A DNA stretch of 63,183 bases from a virus (taxonomy: Duplodnaviria > Caudoviricetes). Location: positions 1 to 63,183 of the IMG/VR virus record IMGVR_UViG_3300035181_001095. One strand, 5' to 3'. The stretch's first letter is position 1. The number at the start of each line of letters is the position of its first letter. The notes below the pieces were generated by a model that was not told the origin of the DNA, ran no database searches, and saw only the letters and a list, made by a program, of their open reading frames with translations. Made by a program: the position numbers and the translations under genes. Below are positions 20,601-30,310 of this stretch, one piece after another.

Positions 20601-22658
20601 TTATCTCCCATTTTCGGAACTAAATTGATTAACATTCTGCCCTAAATCCTGCGCTTTGTCAATAACTGGATTACCATTGCCTTGATTTGTAAATGGAACT
20701 TGTCCTTGCGGTTGCTGACCTTGGTTTGGAACTGGCGCTTGACCTTGCTGCTGTTGTAATTGCTGTAAGAATTGCTGTAGTTCTGGGCTTGATGCAAATA
20801 TCTTATCAGTATCTAAACCTAAATTATCTGAAATCTGCTCCAATAAGTAACGTCTGCCCTCAACACCAAGTAATTGTGTATCCATAGGATTAGATGTAAT
20901 CTGTAAGAATTCCAATGCACGCTGTACTTGCGAGGCCTTCTCATCCAAAATAGATACGCCTTGAGCATTAATCTCGTAATCAGGCACATCAGCTATATCA
21001 GTTAAATATTGTAAATTAAAGTAATATTGTTTCTTTACTATTGGTTCAATTAAATTTGTATCAATATTATTCACCACATCTTTAATACCACGTGATGCAT
21101 TAGTATGTAACATTGATAAACCAGATGCGGTTCTACCTAATGAAGCCTGTGTTAAAGTGCCAGACTCATAAGATGGAATACCTGATAAATCTTCTGCAAA
21201 CTTATAAATCGTTTGCATCATTTCTATTAACTGTTGCACGGTAGGTGGAACATTATACATACGCACAGCAGGAGCACTATTCATAGCTGACTCATGTGCG
21301 TCTATCATCATAAATGGAAAAACTTGTTTCTGTTCTGATACATTGATACGGTCAACATTCCGTTCAATAATAGGCCCTGATGATATAATCGAATTGTTAA
21401 TAGCACTACGAGCAAGGGCGTTTAACGCCTCTTGTAGTGGTTTTAGAATATCAGCTATTGATAACCCCCAAAAACTATCTGGTATTTCAACAAATGATGT
21501 TTTAGTATATGGTTTATGTCCCAGAGGGTCAGGATTTAACATCGCTTTAATGACGGTGCTATCAGCTACCCAAATACACATATTATAATAACCAACATCA
21601 TCAATAGGCACACCTAATGTATCGGCAATACCTTCTTCTTGTAAAACTGAACCTCTTATTGTGCCCCAATACTCAATAACATCAATAACATCACCTTGGA
21701 AATAATTTTTACCTTCAAATTGCTGTCGCAATTCTTGAACAGCACTATCCACCCCACCAACTGTTACTGCTAAATACCCACCTGTATAACGAGATAAAAC
21801 ACTCCTAATAGCATCTTCATTGAATCCCTCAACACCAATTAAATTGTATAAATCAGCAGGTGCTAAATGTAAAATCTCAACAATATAATCACTATCAATA
21901 TCAGTGGATGTTGGTGATGGGTAAAGGTCAATAGGATTAACTCGATTGTATGTAGGTATAATCGTGGAGGTAGGTTCCTTGGAATTTTTCATAAAGACCT
22001 GCTCACGGCGTAACACAGGCCCTTTCAAAATACCAGCAGGAAATAATACTAAATCATATAACACAGATGAAAACGCTTTGTAAAACCCACCCTGTATAAA
22101 CTGGTCATAAATTTGCTGCTGCATTTTTTGTGCTAATTTATCAGCTCGGTCTTTTACCATATTCATTAAATCATCTTTGGTTTGTTCTTGAATAACTTGC
22201 TGTGTTTGTGGGTCTATTGTAGCACCACTCTGAAGTAATGGCTGCAAAGTTTGCATCAACTGTTGCTGTAACTGCTGCTCAATTTGGTCAGGCACATCAG
22301 GTATCGGAGTTGGTTTTAATTCAAATAACGTATCCTCATCAGCATATATGTCTGATAACCACGCCTTACCTGCACGAACCTTCATGTTAATCAACGGAAT
22401 AAATAACTCTGAACCACCAGCATCAGTTCTAATCTCTCTTAATTTTTCAGGTGTATATTCATTCTGCATTGAATATAACGCAGCAATAATCCTATTCATA
22501 ATCGGGTATTTCGCAGTCACTGCCCGATTCAAATCAGACATAACTTTCTCAACTAATGGTGTTAAATTATTTAATTCATTATTTTTTAATGCTGCATCAT
22601 CAGGATTATTGTTATTTAGTGATTCATAATTATTTAAAACTGAATTAAAATCATCCAT
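20601..22658 (-). CDS. Portal protein
   Basis: Follows TerL (TAATG overlap); VIEYWG, FWG..I, RTASGLSML motifs; Q/P-rich tail. Confidence 0.9.
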   Translation of the reverse strand: MDDFNSVLNNYESLNNNNPDDAALKNNELNNLTPLVEKVMSDLNRAVTAKYPIMNRIIAALYSMQNEYTPEKLREIRTDAGGSELFIPLINMKVRAGKAWLSDIYADEDTLFELKPTPIPDVPDQIEQQLQQQLMQTLQPLLQSGATIDPQTQQVIQEQTKDDLMNMVKDRADKLAQKMQQQIYDQFIQGGFYKAFSSVLYDLVLFPAGILKGPVLRREQVFMKNSKEPTSTIIPTYNRVNPIDLYPSPTSTDIDSDYIVEILHLAPADLYNLIGVEGFNEDAIRSVLSRYTGGYLAVTVGGVDSAVQELRQQFEGKNYFQGDVIDVIEYWGTIRGSVLQEEGIADTLGVPIDDVGYYNMCIWVADSTVIKAMLNPDPLGHKPYTKTSFVEIPDSFWGLSIADILKPLQEALNALARSAINNSIISSGPIIERNVDRINVSEQKQVFPFMMIDAHESAMNSAPAVRMYNVPPTVQQLIEMMQTIYKFAEDLSGIPSYESGTLTQASLGRTASGLSMLHTNASRGIKDVVNNIDTNLIEPIVKKQYYFNLQYLTDIADVPDYEINAQGVSILDEKASQVQRALEFLQITSNPMDTQLLGVEGRRYLLEQISDNLGLDTDKIFASSPELQQFLQQLQQQQGQAPVPNQGQQPQGQVPFTNQGNGNPVIDKAQDLGQNVNQFSSENGR

Positions 22659-24112
22659 TAAAACCACCCCTGTGCTCTTAAGCCATACTGGTTAATACCT
22701 GTATGGGTAAATGTATTATCTTCATTGTTAATTTGCCTTGCTGTATAGCCTAAACACGCATATGTCAATGCATCAGCTATATGGCTATACATATTCTTAT
22801 CAGGAACATCTGAATAACGGTCGCCTACTAAACGTAATCTACGAAAACAATACTTACTTGTCAAGCCACGAATTAAGTATTTACACTCATTATCAATTAA
22901 AAATGCAGGCTCACCTTTAATAAACCTGGTCAAATAATTATTAACAGCCTGCAATCTTGCACCAATGGCATTGGTATAAGCGGCAAATGCCTTAATACCT
23001 CTTGAACGCAGTGTAGTAAAACATGTTCTGGTAACATTTAACTGTGACCTTGCATTACCAGCAGGGTCACCAATAACTGTATAAGGCCAATTCATATACT
23101 TCGTTTGTAATAATGGCAATAACCGCTCAACAACAAACGTATCAACATCCGTTGCATCCTCTGAAACAAGCTCATCATATACCCTAAATGTTCCATTAGG
23201 CAACACCTGTGTAATAACAGCAGCAACATATAACCCAAAATCCATTCCAATAGTTAATGGTATGCCACGAATTGGAATAAGAGGCTCTTTTGATATATGT
23301 ATAGATGGTGTAAATAAACTAAATACTGGCTTACCATCCCGTGTGTAACCATACTCACCATGCACATAAATCTTCACCCAGTCGGGGTCATTACCTAATA
23401 CCAAATTCTGGTAATACCCTGTGGGTAAATTTGATATATTCTCCGCTTCAGGACTTAAACCAGATGGCTGCTTAAAAATAATAGATTTATTCTGTAATTC
23501 AGGTGTGGTGTTGATAAGCTCCTCAAAATACTTATAAAACCAACCATCAACATCAGGAGGGTTAGTATCAATTATAATATATGGGTAACTACATTCAAAG
23601 TTATACTCTTTCAATTTACGAGGATACCTATTGATACGAGAATCTAATAATACAAATACCTCTTTCGGTATCTCACGACCTTCATTCAACCAAGCGCCAC
23701 TAACTTCCAATGACAAAAGGTCTTTCAACTGCTCTGGCCTATCCAAAGCACGTAATAACCACTCCGTATCAACTATTGTCCCATCCTCTAAACCAAATTT
23801 CAACATATACCTCTGCTCATTCTCACGCCATATAGGCTTAAGAGGTGTAATCCACTCATCAATAGTCTTCTTTGTAGTATCCTTCAACTCCTTCACTGTA
23901 TTACGCACAATAACATACCTCGTGCGCCTAACATTAGTCCCAGGGATGACAGCCTGCTGCTGTGCAGTTCGTAATAAATGCATTACACACGCCGAGCTCT
24001 TACCCGAGCCCACAGGCCCCATAACAGCTTTAATACGATGCTTATCTAACATGAATGCTTTTAGAGTTGGAGCATCATCAAAACTAAAACTAATAACCTG
24101 CGGCTTACTCAT
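22658..24112 (-). CDS. terL: Terminase large subunit
   Basis: Walker A GPVGSGKS, IVRNT, WLNE, DTNPP, GMDFG, GDPAG and SHIADALTY nuclease motifs. Confidence 0.95.
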   Translation of the reverse strand: MSKPQVISFSFDDAPTLKAFMLDKHRIKAVMGPVGSGKSSACVMHLLRTAQQQAVIPGTNVRRTRYVIVRNTVKELKDTTKKTIDEWITPLKPIWRENEQRYMLKFGLEDGTIVDTEWLLRALDRPEQLKDLLSLEVSGAWLNEGREIPKEVFVLLDSRINRYPRKLKEYNFECSYPYIIIDTNPPDVDGWFYKYFEELINTTPELQNKSIIFKQPSGLSPEAENISNLPTGYYQNLVLGNDPDWVKIYVHGEYGYTRDGKPVFSLFTPSIHISKEPLIPIRGIPLTIGMDFGLYVAAVITQVLPNGTFRVYDELVSEDATDVDTFVVERLLPLLQTKYMNWPYTVIGDPAGNARSQLNVTRTCFTTLRSRGIKAFAAYTNAIGARLQAVNNYLTRFIKGEPAFLIDNECKYLIRGLTSKYCFRRLRLVGDRYSDVPDKNMYSHIADALTYACLGYTARQINNEDNTFTHTGINQYGLRAQGWF

Positions 24113-24293
24113 TAAACACCTCTAACAATTCAATAGCTACAGGATGACCACCAGTAGCTAAACGCTGCACTCTCTTCAATAAATCATTAAAATCATAACC
24201 ATGATGTAATGCTACATCATTCAATGCAATACTACTATCAATATGCTCAATTAAAATACGCCTAAATAAACATAATAACTCATCAATACTCAT
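24105..24293 (-). CDS. Hypothetical protein, first gene of the late block
   Basis: 62 aa; GAGGT RBS; overlaps the terL start. Confidence 0.55.
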   Translation of the reverse strand: MSIDELLCLFRRILIEHIDSSIALNDVALHHGYDFNDLLKRVQRLATGGHPVAIELLEVFNE

Positions 24294-24632
24294 AAAACAA
24301 CCTCAACATAAAATTAAAACGTTTTCATTTTTTTTGAGCCCCATGAAAACGTTACTACTATATATCATTTTTTATTTTTTGAAAGATATTCTATATAAAT
24401 TTTTTTCAATTTTCCTTTTCTATTTTTCTAAAGAGGTATAAAAGCCTCACACAGTTCGGCCACTATGTGTCCAATATACCATAGGCCTTGTGTCCGATAG
24501 GCCGTAGGGTGGCCAAAGATTATAAGTAAGGTACGATACGAAAAATTTAATAATAATAATAATAACTATAATTGATAAAGTACCTTATAAGAAAAAAAAT
24601 TGATAATGATAACTATTACTGATAAGAAATAA

Positions 24633-24674
24633 AATAAAAAAAGACCTCGACTCCAGGGAATGAAATCGAGGTCT
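24633..24674 (-). terminator. Terminator ending the early/accessory block
   Basis: AGACCTCGA...TCGAGGTCT stem followed by a T7 run on the minus strand. Confidence 0.7.
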
Positions 24675-24682
24675 GTTAAGAA

Positions 24683-24748
24683 TTACTTATGTGAAACGTA
24701 ATACATCACAAAAACGCACCAGGCCCATAAAATGATAATGTATTCCAT
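24683..24748 (-). CDS. 21-aa hydrophobic peptide (MEYIIILWAWCVFVMYYVSHK)
   Basis: AAGGA RBS, between the upstream ORF and the terminator; below the ORF-track cutoff. Confidence 0.4.
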   Translation of the reverse strand: MEYIIILWAWCVFVMYYVSHK

Positions 24749-24752
24749 GGCG

Positions 24753-25217
24753 TTAATCCTTAATAAGATTCATGAGAATATCTTGAATTGTGCCTGATAT
24801 TTGATTCGGCCCTTCTACGATATCACGTTCCGCCACTCCAGGAATTAAGGCGTTATATAATAGCCACTCTTTTGCGATGCTGTAATAATTACCATCTTTA
24901 AAAATCCAATATGAGCCCTCGGCGTTTCTATATATCCGAATGAGCGCAAGGTCATCCAGGGCGATTAAAGATATGGGGCTATCACCACTGCAAGATGGCG
25001 ACCTCTCCTCCACCACTTTACAGCCGCAAATCGGTTCGACGTAATCATGAATAATGTCAATCCAATATCCCTTGTCTGTGTGTGGTGTAAGTTTATAAAA
25101 CTTTTTTCCATAAGAATATTGACATACTTCAAGCTTTCCGTGCGGTACAATTGTCCGGCCCGAATTGTCATTAAACCCTAACACGATAAGCCCTTTTGAA
25201 TTAAAAAATGTTTTCAT
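24753..25217 (-). CDS. Early hypothetical protein
   Basis: AAGGAAA RBS before ATG 25217. Confidence 0.6.
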   Translation of the reverse strand: MKTFFNSKGLIVLGFNDNSGRTIVPHGKLEVCQYSYGKKFYKLTPHTDKGYWIDIIHDYVEPICGCKVVEERSPSCSGDSPISLIALDDLALIRIYRNAEGSYWIFKDGNYYSIAKEWLLYNALIPGVAERDIVEGPNQISGTIQDILMNLIKD

Positions 25218-25257
25218 TTTTTTATTTCCTTTCATTAAAAGTTTTGAAAAACAATAT

Positions 25258-25500
25258 CTAATTTCTTTCCATGACAACTGCAGTTCCTTTAGCTGTTATG
25301 CCTATAACTTGTTCATTCGTGACTGCATTCAATGGGATTTCACGATAAGTATTTATTATGGCCCAAGGGTCATAAAATATCGGTTCCCTTTGAATCATTT
25401 CCTGTTGGTCGAAATAATCCCATAAAATTAACGCCGCATTAGGCGAAAAAACTGAGCGCAAGTCATGCGCAAACTTGTGAAATGTTAAATGAGTTAACAT
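25258..25500 (-). CDS. Early protein, paralog family A (short)
   Basis: FS.NA..ILWDYF...E....I.YDP and IG.T.KGT.V shared with 25528, 28720 and 29691. Confidence 0.65.
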   Translation of the reverse strand: MLTHLTFHKFAHDLRSVFSPNAALILWDYFDQQEMIQREPIFYDPWAIINTYREIPLNAVTNEQVIGITAKGTAVVMERN

Positions 25501-25527
25501 AGGTCAATATCCTTTCTTTTTTATTTA

Positions 25528-25857
25528 TTAGAAGTTTTGAAATACAATCGTACCCTCTTGTGTAACGCCCAGGATAGTTGTTTTTTGATGTAAATAATCT
25601 AATACAAAATCTTGTTGTTCAACGTCTGTTAACTTATTGTCAACAACAAGTTTATAATCATAAATAATTTCTTTAACTGTTTGCTCACAAAAATCGCACC
25701 TAAAGGATACAGGGTCAAATTCAATTTCTTCGGAGGCGTCTTGTTCATACTCATTCAAAAAATCCCAAATGATTTCCAATCCATTATAGGAAAATGGATT
25801 GTTAGGTTCACTCTGCATTCCGTCTATAAAATCAAATTTTGATAATGTGTATTTCAT
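25528..25857 (-). CDS. Early acidic protein, paralog family A
   Basis: FSYNGLEIIWDFL.EYE....EEIEFDPV...CDF.E. Confidence 0.7.
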   Translation of the reverse strand: MKYTLSKFDFIDGMQSEPNNPFSYNGLEIIWDFLNEYEQDASEEIEFDPVSFRCDFCEQTVKEIIYDYKLVVDNKLTDVEQQDFVLDYLHQKTTILGVTQEGTIVFQNF

Positions 25858-26276
25858 TTCTTTAATTCCTCCCTTTCATTTTTAATATATTGATTGAATA
25901 ATTTTACAGCCTCTTTTTTTGAATACCCGAAAAACTGTTTAGACATTAAATGACCGTCCACTATTGTAGAAATAATCCATTGTCCTTCCGGGCCCGTTTC
26001 TATAATCATTTTTTTATCCTGTAAATTAAATTCTACATAAAACGACACAATCCATGGGAAATTGATATCCATAGGTGAAAAATTCCAGTGCGTAAAATTA
26101 CTGTTATATTTTAAAAATTCTCTCCACTCTGAAAAATCAGTGAGCTTTCCGAAAAAAGAACAGGAACAAAATTTTTTATTTACTTGACATGTCACTGAAC
26201 TTATTAAATAAGGCAATCCACTTTCAAATAATAAGTCATTTAATTTTAGCGCTCCATCCAATTCTTTATTAGTCAT
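25854..26276 (-). CDS. Early protein: family B domain fused to a small C-terminal module
   Basis: N-terminal L..SGLPY...D..EW..FL; internal AGGA RBS and ATG at ~26009 (MIIETGPEG...). Confidence 0.6.
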   Translation of the reverse strand: MTNKELDGALKLNDLLFESGLPYLISSVTCQVNKKFCSCSFFGKLTDFSEWREFLKYNSNFTHWNFSPMDINFPWIVSFYVEFNLQDKKMIIETGPEGQWIISTIVDGHLMSKQFFGYSKKEAVKLFNQYIKNEREELKK

Positions 26277-26289
26277 TTTTTTATTCCTT

Positions 26290-26667
26290 TCATTTTTTTA
26301 TTATTCTGTTATTTTTAATCGTAAAAAATTTACCATCTTGCGCAAAAACGCCATCGGCTTTCATAGCAAACACGGTAACATTTTGTTGTTGTTTGCCATA
26401 AAAGTAATGTGCATATGAAATGATTTCGCATTGAGAAACGGGTTGAATAAAACCCTTTCTAATGCAGACGTATTGATTTTCGGGAGGGTCCGGGAGGAAT
26501 TGTGTAAGATGCTCAATTCCTCTTGTTAAAAAAGTGAATGGCCTATCCTCGGAATAGAATTGATAAAGATGTTTAGCGCCTTTTTGGCCGAAATGCAGAA
26601 CATAGCCCTTGGCCGGCAAGTCTTTTTTAGCCAGCCCGTAAATTATTAAATTGCTATATTTAATCAT
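26290..26667 (-). CDS. Early hypothetical protein
   Basis: AAGAAAGGGA RBS, 125 aa. Confidence 0.65.
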   Translation of the reverse strand: MIKYSNLIIYGLAKKDLPAKGYVLHFGQKGAKHLYQFYSEDRPFTFLTRGIEHLTQFLPDPPENQYVCIRKGFIQPVSQCEIISYAHYFYGKQQQNVTVFAMKADGVFAQDGKFFTIKNNRIIKK

Positions 26668-26704
26668 AATTTTATCCCTTTCTTGGATTTTTGAAATTTT
26701 TTAC

Positions 26705-26753
26705 AACAAAAAACCCTAAAGGGTATGAATTTTAATCATACCCTTTAGGGTTT
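26705..26753 (-). terminator. Long perfect hairpin, terminator or processing site
   Basis: AAACCCTAAAGGGTATGA-7 nt-TCATACCCTTTAGGGTTT, with a T-tract following on the minus strand. Confidence 0.75.
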
Positions 26754-27120
26754 AGATTTTACGCCAGCCTGTATCTCCCTCACGGGAGGCTATTCTAAAA
26801 CTCCATCCTTCCTTTTCAGGCCAGTTTATGGGCCGGAGTATAAAGGGTTGAGAGGACTGCAGTACTGCCATTCCCTCAACGTGATAAATGGTGACATCTC
26901 CCTCTACGATTTCCCACCATTTTGTGGTGAGAAACAGTAAATCACTGCCATTACATATAAGGACCGCTTTACTGCAGTCCTCGTCAAATGCAATGGTGGG
27001 AATTACACGGCTGCCTCTAAAAATGCCCCCGACATTACTTACCACATTTTCAAATGGGAAAAATACTTTGACCACTTTCCCGTCCACATTCCTGTAATAA
27101 GTCCAGTTGAATTCATCCAT
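26752..27120 (-). CDS. Early hypothetical protein
   Basis: 122 aa; AGGGGG RBS. Confidence 0.6.
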   Translation of the reverse strand: MDEFNWTYYRNVDGKVVKVFFPFENVVSNVGGIFRGSRVIPTIAFDEDCSKAVLICNGSDLLFLTTKWWEIVEGDVTIYHVEGMAVLQSSQPFILRPINWPEKEGWSFRIASREGDTGWRKI

Positions 27121-27147
27121 TTTTTTAGCCCCCTATCTTGTTTAAAG

Positions 27148-27492
27148 TTAAATATCCCACTCATAACTATATGTATGCCATTTGACACCATGGCATGACA
27201 TATACCCTCTGTAAAATACTTCCGGGTTGTCCCGGTCCTGCTCAAAAAATAAACAGGATTTTTGAAACGGAAGCCTTAAGAGGTCAATTTCACCATAACG
27301 ACGTATGATGCCATCGCTTGTTGAAATTATACAATCTTCAGTAAAATAAAATAAAAATTTAGGCGCCCCACTTACAACAAAATGGTGAAACCAAGGGTCT
27401 TTTTGCAGACCCTTGTAAATTAACGTTGACCCTATACAAAAATTCCCGTTCCGGGCGCCAAGCCCTTCGACCTCAAACTCTGTGATAATCAT
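27148..27492 (-). CDS. Early hypothetical protein
   Basis: 114 aa; AAGAAAGGGAG RBS; first gene after promoter cassette A. Confidence 0.65.
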   Translation of the reverse strand: MIITEFEVEGLGARNGNFCIGSTLIYKGLQKDPWFHHFVVSGAPKFLFYFTEDCIISTSDGIIRRYGEIDLLRLPFQKSCLFFEQDRDNPEVFYRGYMSCHGVKWHTYSYEWDI

Positions 27493-27516
27493 TGTCTTAT
27501 CTCCCTTTCTTATTTA

Positions 27517-27680
27517 ATTTCGCCTTGTGGCAATATCAGAATATCATATCTCATTGCAACTGCAACCCTGTGATATTCGTTTATGCCGGGCCCTTATCCT
27601 CGAGGTCAAAAAGCCCGAAAGCGCCGGGAACAGCGCAGGCGGGAGGATAGGATATATACAATGTGTGCTACAATGTGCGC
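27517..27680 (-). promoter_or_regulatory. Early promoter cassette A
   Basis: TTGCAG-16-TATTCT with TGn extension; leader ATTGCCACAAGGCGAAAT identical to cassette B; tandem TACAATGTG boxes at 27657 and 27669. Confidence 0.7.
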
Positions 27681-27869
27681 CCGATTAAGTTTTTTGAAAA
27701 CAATAAAATTTTTATGGGGACTGTTATAAAGGATATGCCTATAACAACCCCAGGCATGATAATGTTTTAAATGAGTTATTTTTTGAGATAAAACAGACTA
27801 TGTAAAGACTCGGCAATGATAGCCTGTTTTATCTCATGACATGAATTTACCAGGAACAAAAATGCCATA

Positions 27870-28148
27870 TTATAACAGTTTAACTTTAGTAATTTTTAAA
27901 AACTGTATATCAGGCTCAGTACTATCAAGCCATGTAAAATCCAGCTTGTATGTTTCCAAAAAGCGCACCCAAACGATTTTATCATTAGGATTAGTAATCA
28001 AAGTAATATCATAATGTTTTTTGCATTTCTTATGCCTTTCAATGTTCTGAACGAGAAAAGCCATAGCGCTATTTCTCAAAAACCAATAACCATTAGATAA
28101 AATACGCCAAAATTTTTTTGGTGGAAAAATTTCTTTAATATCTTTCAT
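27870..28148 (-). CDS. Early hypothetical protein
   Basis: 92 aa; GAAAGGGG RBS. Confidence 0.6.
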   Translation of the reverse strand: MKDIKEIFPPKKFWRILSNGYWFLRNSAMAFLVQNIERHKKCKKHYDITLITNPNDKIVWVRFLETYKLDFTWLDSTEPDIQFLKITKVKLL

Positions 28149-28153
28149 TTTTT

Positions 28154-28435
28154 TTAACCCCTTTCATTTTTGAAAAAGTCTTTTAAGGTTAAGGTCATGG
28201 TACAATCATGACCATCCAATACTTCAATATCAACATAGACATTTAAATTGTCAGTAATATAAAATTTTTTGAAATGGCTAAACCAGGCGTCTATATCGTT
28301 ATACCAGATATAATAATCAAGATAATAATCGTTATCAGAACGCCCATCCCATGCAAACTCGTAAACAAGGTCAGATAACTCTAAAATTGAGTATAACCTT
28401 GATAGCCGATAGTTTGTTGAACTATTTACCAGCAT
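28154..28435 (-). CDS. Early protein, paralog family B
   Basis: AAGAAAGGGGAT RBS before ATG 28435; IL..SDL.YEF....Y.IW..D...W. Confidence 0.65.
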   Translation of the reverse strand: MLVNSSTNYRLSRLYSILELSDLVYEFAWDGRSDNDYYLDYYIWYNDIDAWFSHFKKFYITDNLNVYVDIEVLDGHDCTMTLTLKDFFKNERG

Positions 28436-28464
28436 TTTTGTTATCCCCTTTCTTATGATATTGT

Positions 28465-28626
28465 ATTTCGCCTTGTGGCAATTCCAGGATAACATATTTC
28501 ATTCTCTTTACAAGCCCCGCCATGTGTGCTTAAACCTCGAGGTTAAAAAGCCCAAAAATACCACCCACCAACACACAAAAAGATATAATAAGATAGGATG
28601 CCTACAATGTGTCATACAATGTGTGC
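28465..28626 (-). promoter_or_regulatory. Early promoter cassette B
   Basis: TTGTAA-16-TATCCT with TGn; CCTCGAGGTTAAAAAGCCC box nearly identical to cassette A; TACAATGTG at 28603 and 28615. Confidence 0.7.
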
Positions 28627-28719
28627 AAAGTTATTTTTTGTGAAATAAGAATTGTTTAGGGGGCGCCATAAAGATTATAGCACCCCCAAAAATGAGATAT
28701 GATAATGTATTTGATTTGA

Positions 28720-29067
28720 CTATTTCAGATAGACCAGGCCTTTGGAAGTCTCACCTACAAATGACCGCCAGTCGGAAAGAATTAACTCATCGGTGGCCAA
28801 AACTACCAATATAGCGGATGACATACATTCTATATTGTCCAGGCGCTCGAGTAACCAGTCAAGGCGCTCCATCAAATCCCAAATCGAGGTCTCACGGTAG
28901 GTGTCCACAATGTAATCCTTAACAGATTCAGTCAATTCAATGCCAGGCCCCAAAAATTCATTGACATGCTCAAAGATAACCTCGAGGGCCTCATCTGATA
29001 AAACCTCGGGGTCAACATACCACCGCATTTCCTGAATAAAATCATCACAGCTAATTGTTTTTAACAT
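28720..29067 (-). CDS. Early acidic protein, paralog family A
   Basis: TIS.DDFI.EM, LS.EALE.IFE, Y.E.SI, VGET.KG.VY. Confidence 0.65.
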   Translation of the reverse strand: MLKTISCDDFIQEMRWYVDPEVLSDEALEVIFEHVNEFLGPGIELTESVKDYIVDTYRETSIWDLMERLDWLLERLDNIECMSSAILVVLATDELILSDWRSFVGETSKGLVYLK

Positions 29068-29094
29068 AATTTTTTATCCTTTCTTATTTAGATT

Positions 29095-29370
29095 TTAATT
29101 TAACGGCTCCCAGTCACGGTAAAACTTGAAACCCGTGACTTTGAGTACGATATAATTCCCGCCTAACTTATCTGGCAATACTTGCAAAAATGCTTCATAT
29201 CCATCACGTAAACGCTCATACAAATAATAATGCCAGTAGATATAATGTTTTGCATGGATAAGAAACAAAAAAGAATAAGTCTCATCACGTTTCCAAGCCT
29301 TGATAAGACTATATGGCAGATTTAATCCATTGAGATAACACTCGACCTTTTCGAAGTTTGTCATTTTCAT
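29095..29370 (-). CDS. Early protein, paralog family B
   Basis: KV..YL..LNLPY; GAAAGGGGATT RBS. Confidence 0.6.
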   Translation of the reverse strand: MKMTNFEKVECYLNGLNLPYSLIKAWKRDETYSFLFLIHAKHYIYWHYYLYERLRDGYEAFLQVLPDKLGGNYIVLKVTGFKFYRDWEPLN

Positions 29371-29391
29371 GTTCGTAATCCCCTTTCATTT

Positions 29392-29673
29392 TTATTTCGG
29401 CTTAAATGTAAGTAAGCCTTCAACAGCCAACAAACACCCACCAGACGATAACACATCCACATCCGTCGTTATATGTTTTAAGTAATGTTTTCTTAAATAC
29501 TTACACCACTTTTCTACGTCCTCACAATGGACGTATATGTCGAACAAATAAACACTATAATAAAAACAGTCATGTACCCAATCACCCACAAACTCATAAT
29601 GTAGATTGGAAGCCCGTAAAATTGTGTCTATTTTAGCCCGCTCTTCTAACTTTGTGGTTAACTTGTATGTCAT
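29392..29673 (-). CDS. Early protein, paralog family B
   Basis: KI..IL.ASNL.YEF...IYVH..D...W..YL; AAGAAAGGGGATT RBS. Confidence 0.65.
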   Translation of the reverse strand: MTYKLTTKLEERAKIDTILRASNLHYEFVGDWVHDCFYYSVYLFDIYVHCEDVEKWCKYLRKHYLKHITTDVDVLSSGGCLLAVEGLLTFKPK

Positions 29674-29690
29674 GTTCTTAATCCCCTTTC

Positions 29691-30029
29691 TTAATAATCC
29701 TTATAAACTATCGTGCCTTTATCAGTCACACCCAAAATAATAGTGAATTTTGCCAGTTGATTCAATGCTATCTCGAGCGTTTCTTCATCCGTAGAATCCA
29801 CATCAAGGGTAATATCATTTAACTCAATGATATCATACACTGTGCGCTCGATAAAATCACAACTCAAAACCACAGGGTGAAACTCTATCGCTTGACCCAA
29901 ATCCTTTTGAATAGCTGTGAGATAATTGTATAAAATCTCCAACCCGTTGTAAGAAAGCGAACAGTGTGAAGACTTACTCATCACCTCGATAAAATCAGAT
30001 TTTGATAACGTGGCTAACTTGTGTTTCAT
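29691..30029 (-). CDS. Early acidic protein, paralog family A
   Basis: TLSK.DFI..M, SYNGLEIL, IEF.PV...CDF.E.TV, ILGVT..GTIV, closely matching 25528-25857. Confidence 0.7.
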   Translation of the reverse strand: MKHKLATLSKSDFIEVMSKSSHCSLSYNGLEILYNYLTAIQKDLGQAIEFHPVVLSCDFIERTVYDIIELNDITLDVDSTDEETLEIALNQLAKFTIILGVTDKGTIVYKDY

Positions 30030-30059
30030 GTTCTTAATCCCCTTTCTTGTTTATTTTTG

Positions 30060-30210
30060 TTAATTCCAATATAGCAAAAAAAGCACACAATGCAACCTCT
30101 ATCAAATACAAGATATGATAGATAAAATTCTACATATAAACTTAAACCCTGAAAAGATAGCCCAAAAAAATAATAAGCCTACAATGTGTGCTATTACTAC
30201 AATGTGTGCC
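30060..30210 (-). promoter_or_regulatory. Early promoter cassette C
   Basis: TTGCAT-16-TATATT with TGn; TACAATGTGTG at 30180 and 30198. Confidence 0.68.
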
Positions 30211-30310
30211 AATTGCCTCAAAAAATGAAAACGTTTTCATTTTTAGTTTAGCCAAAGATTATTAGGTGAGCCAAACATAAGCATAAAAAAATATATGGTG
30301 AAAAGCTTAT

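Noticed and set aside
27517-30210. Repeated intergenic motifs as a CRISPR or mini-array
   Set aside because: Repeats are short, irregularly spaced, separated by whole genes and carry promoter elements
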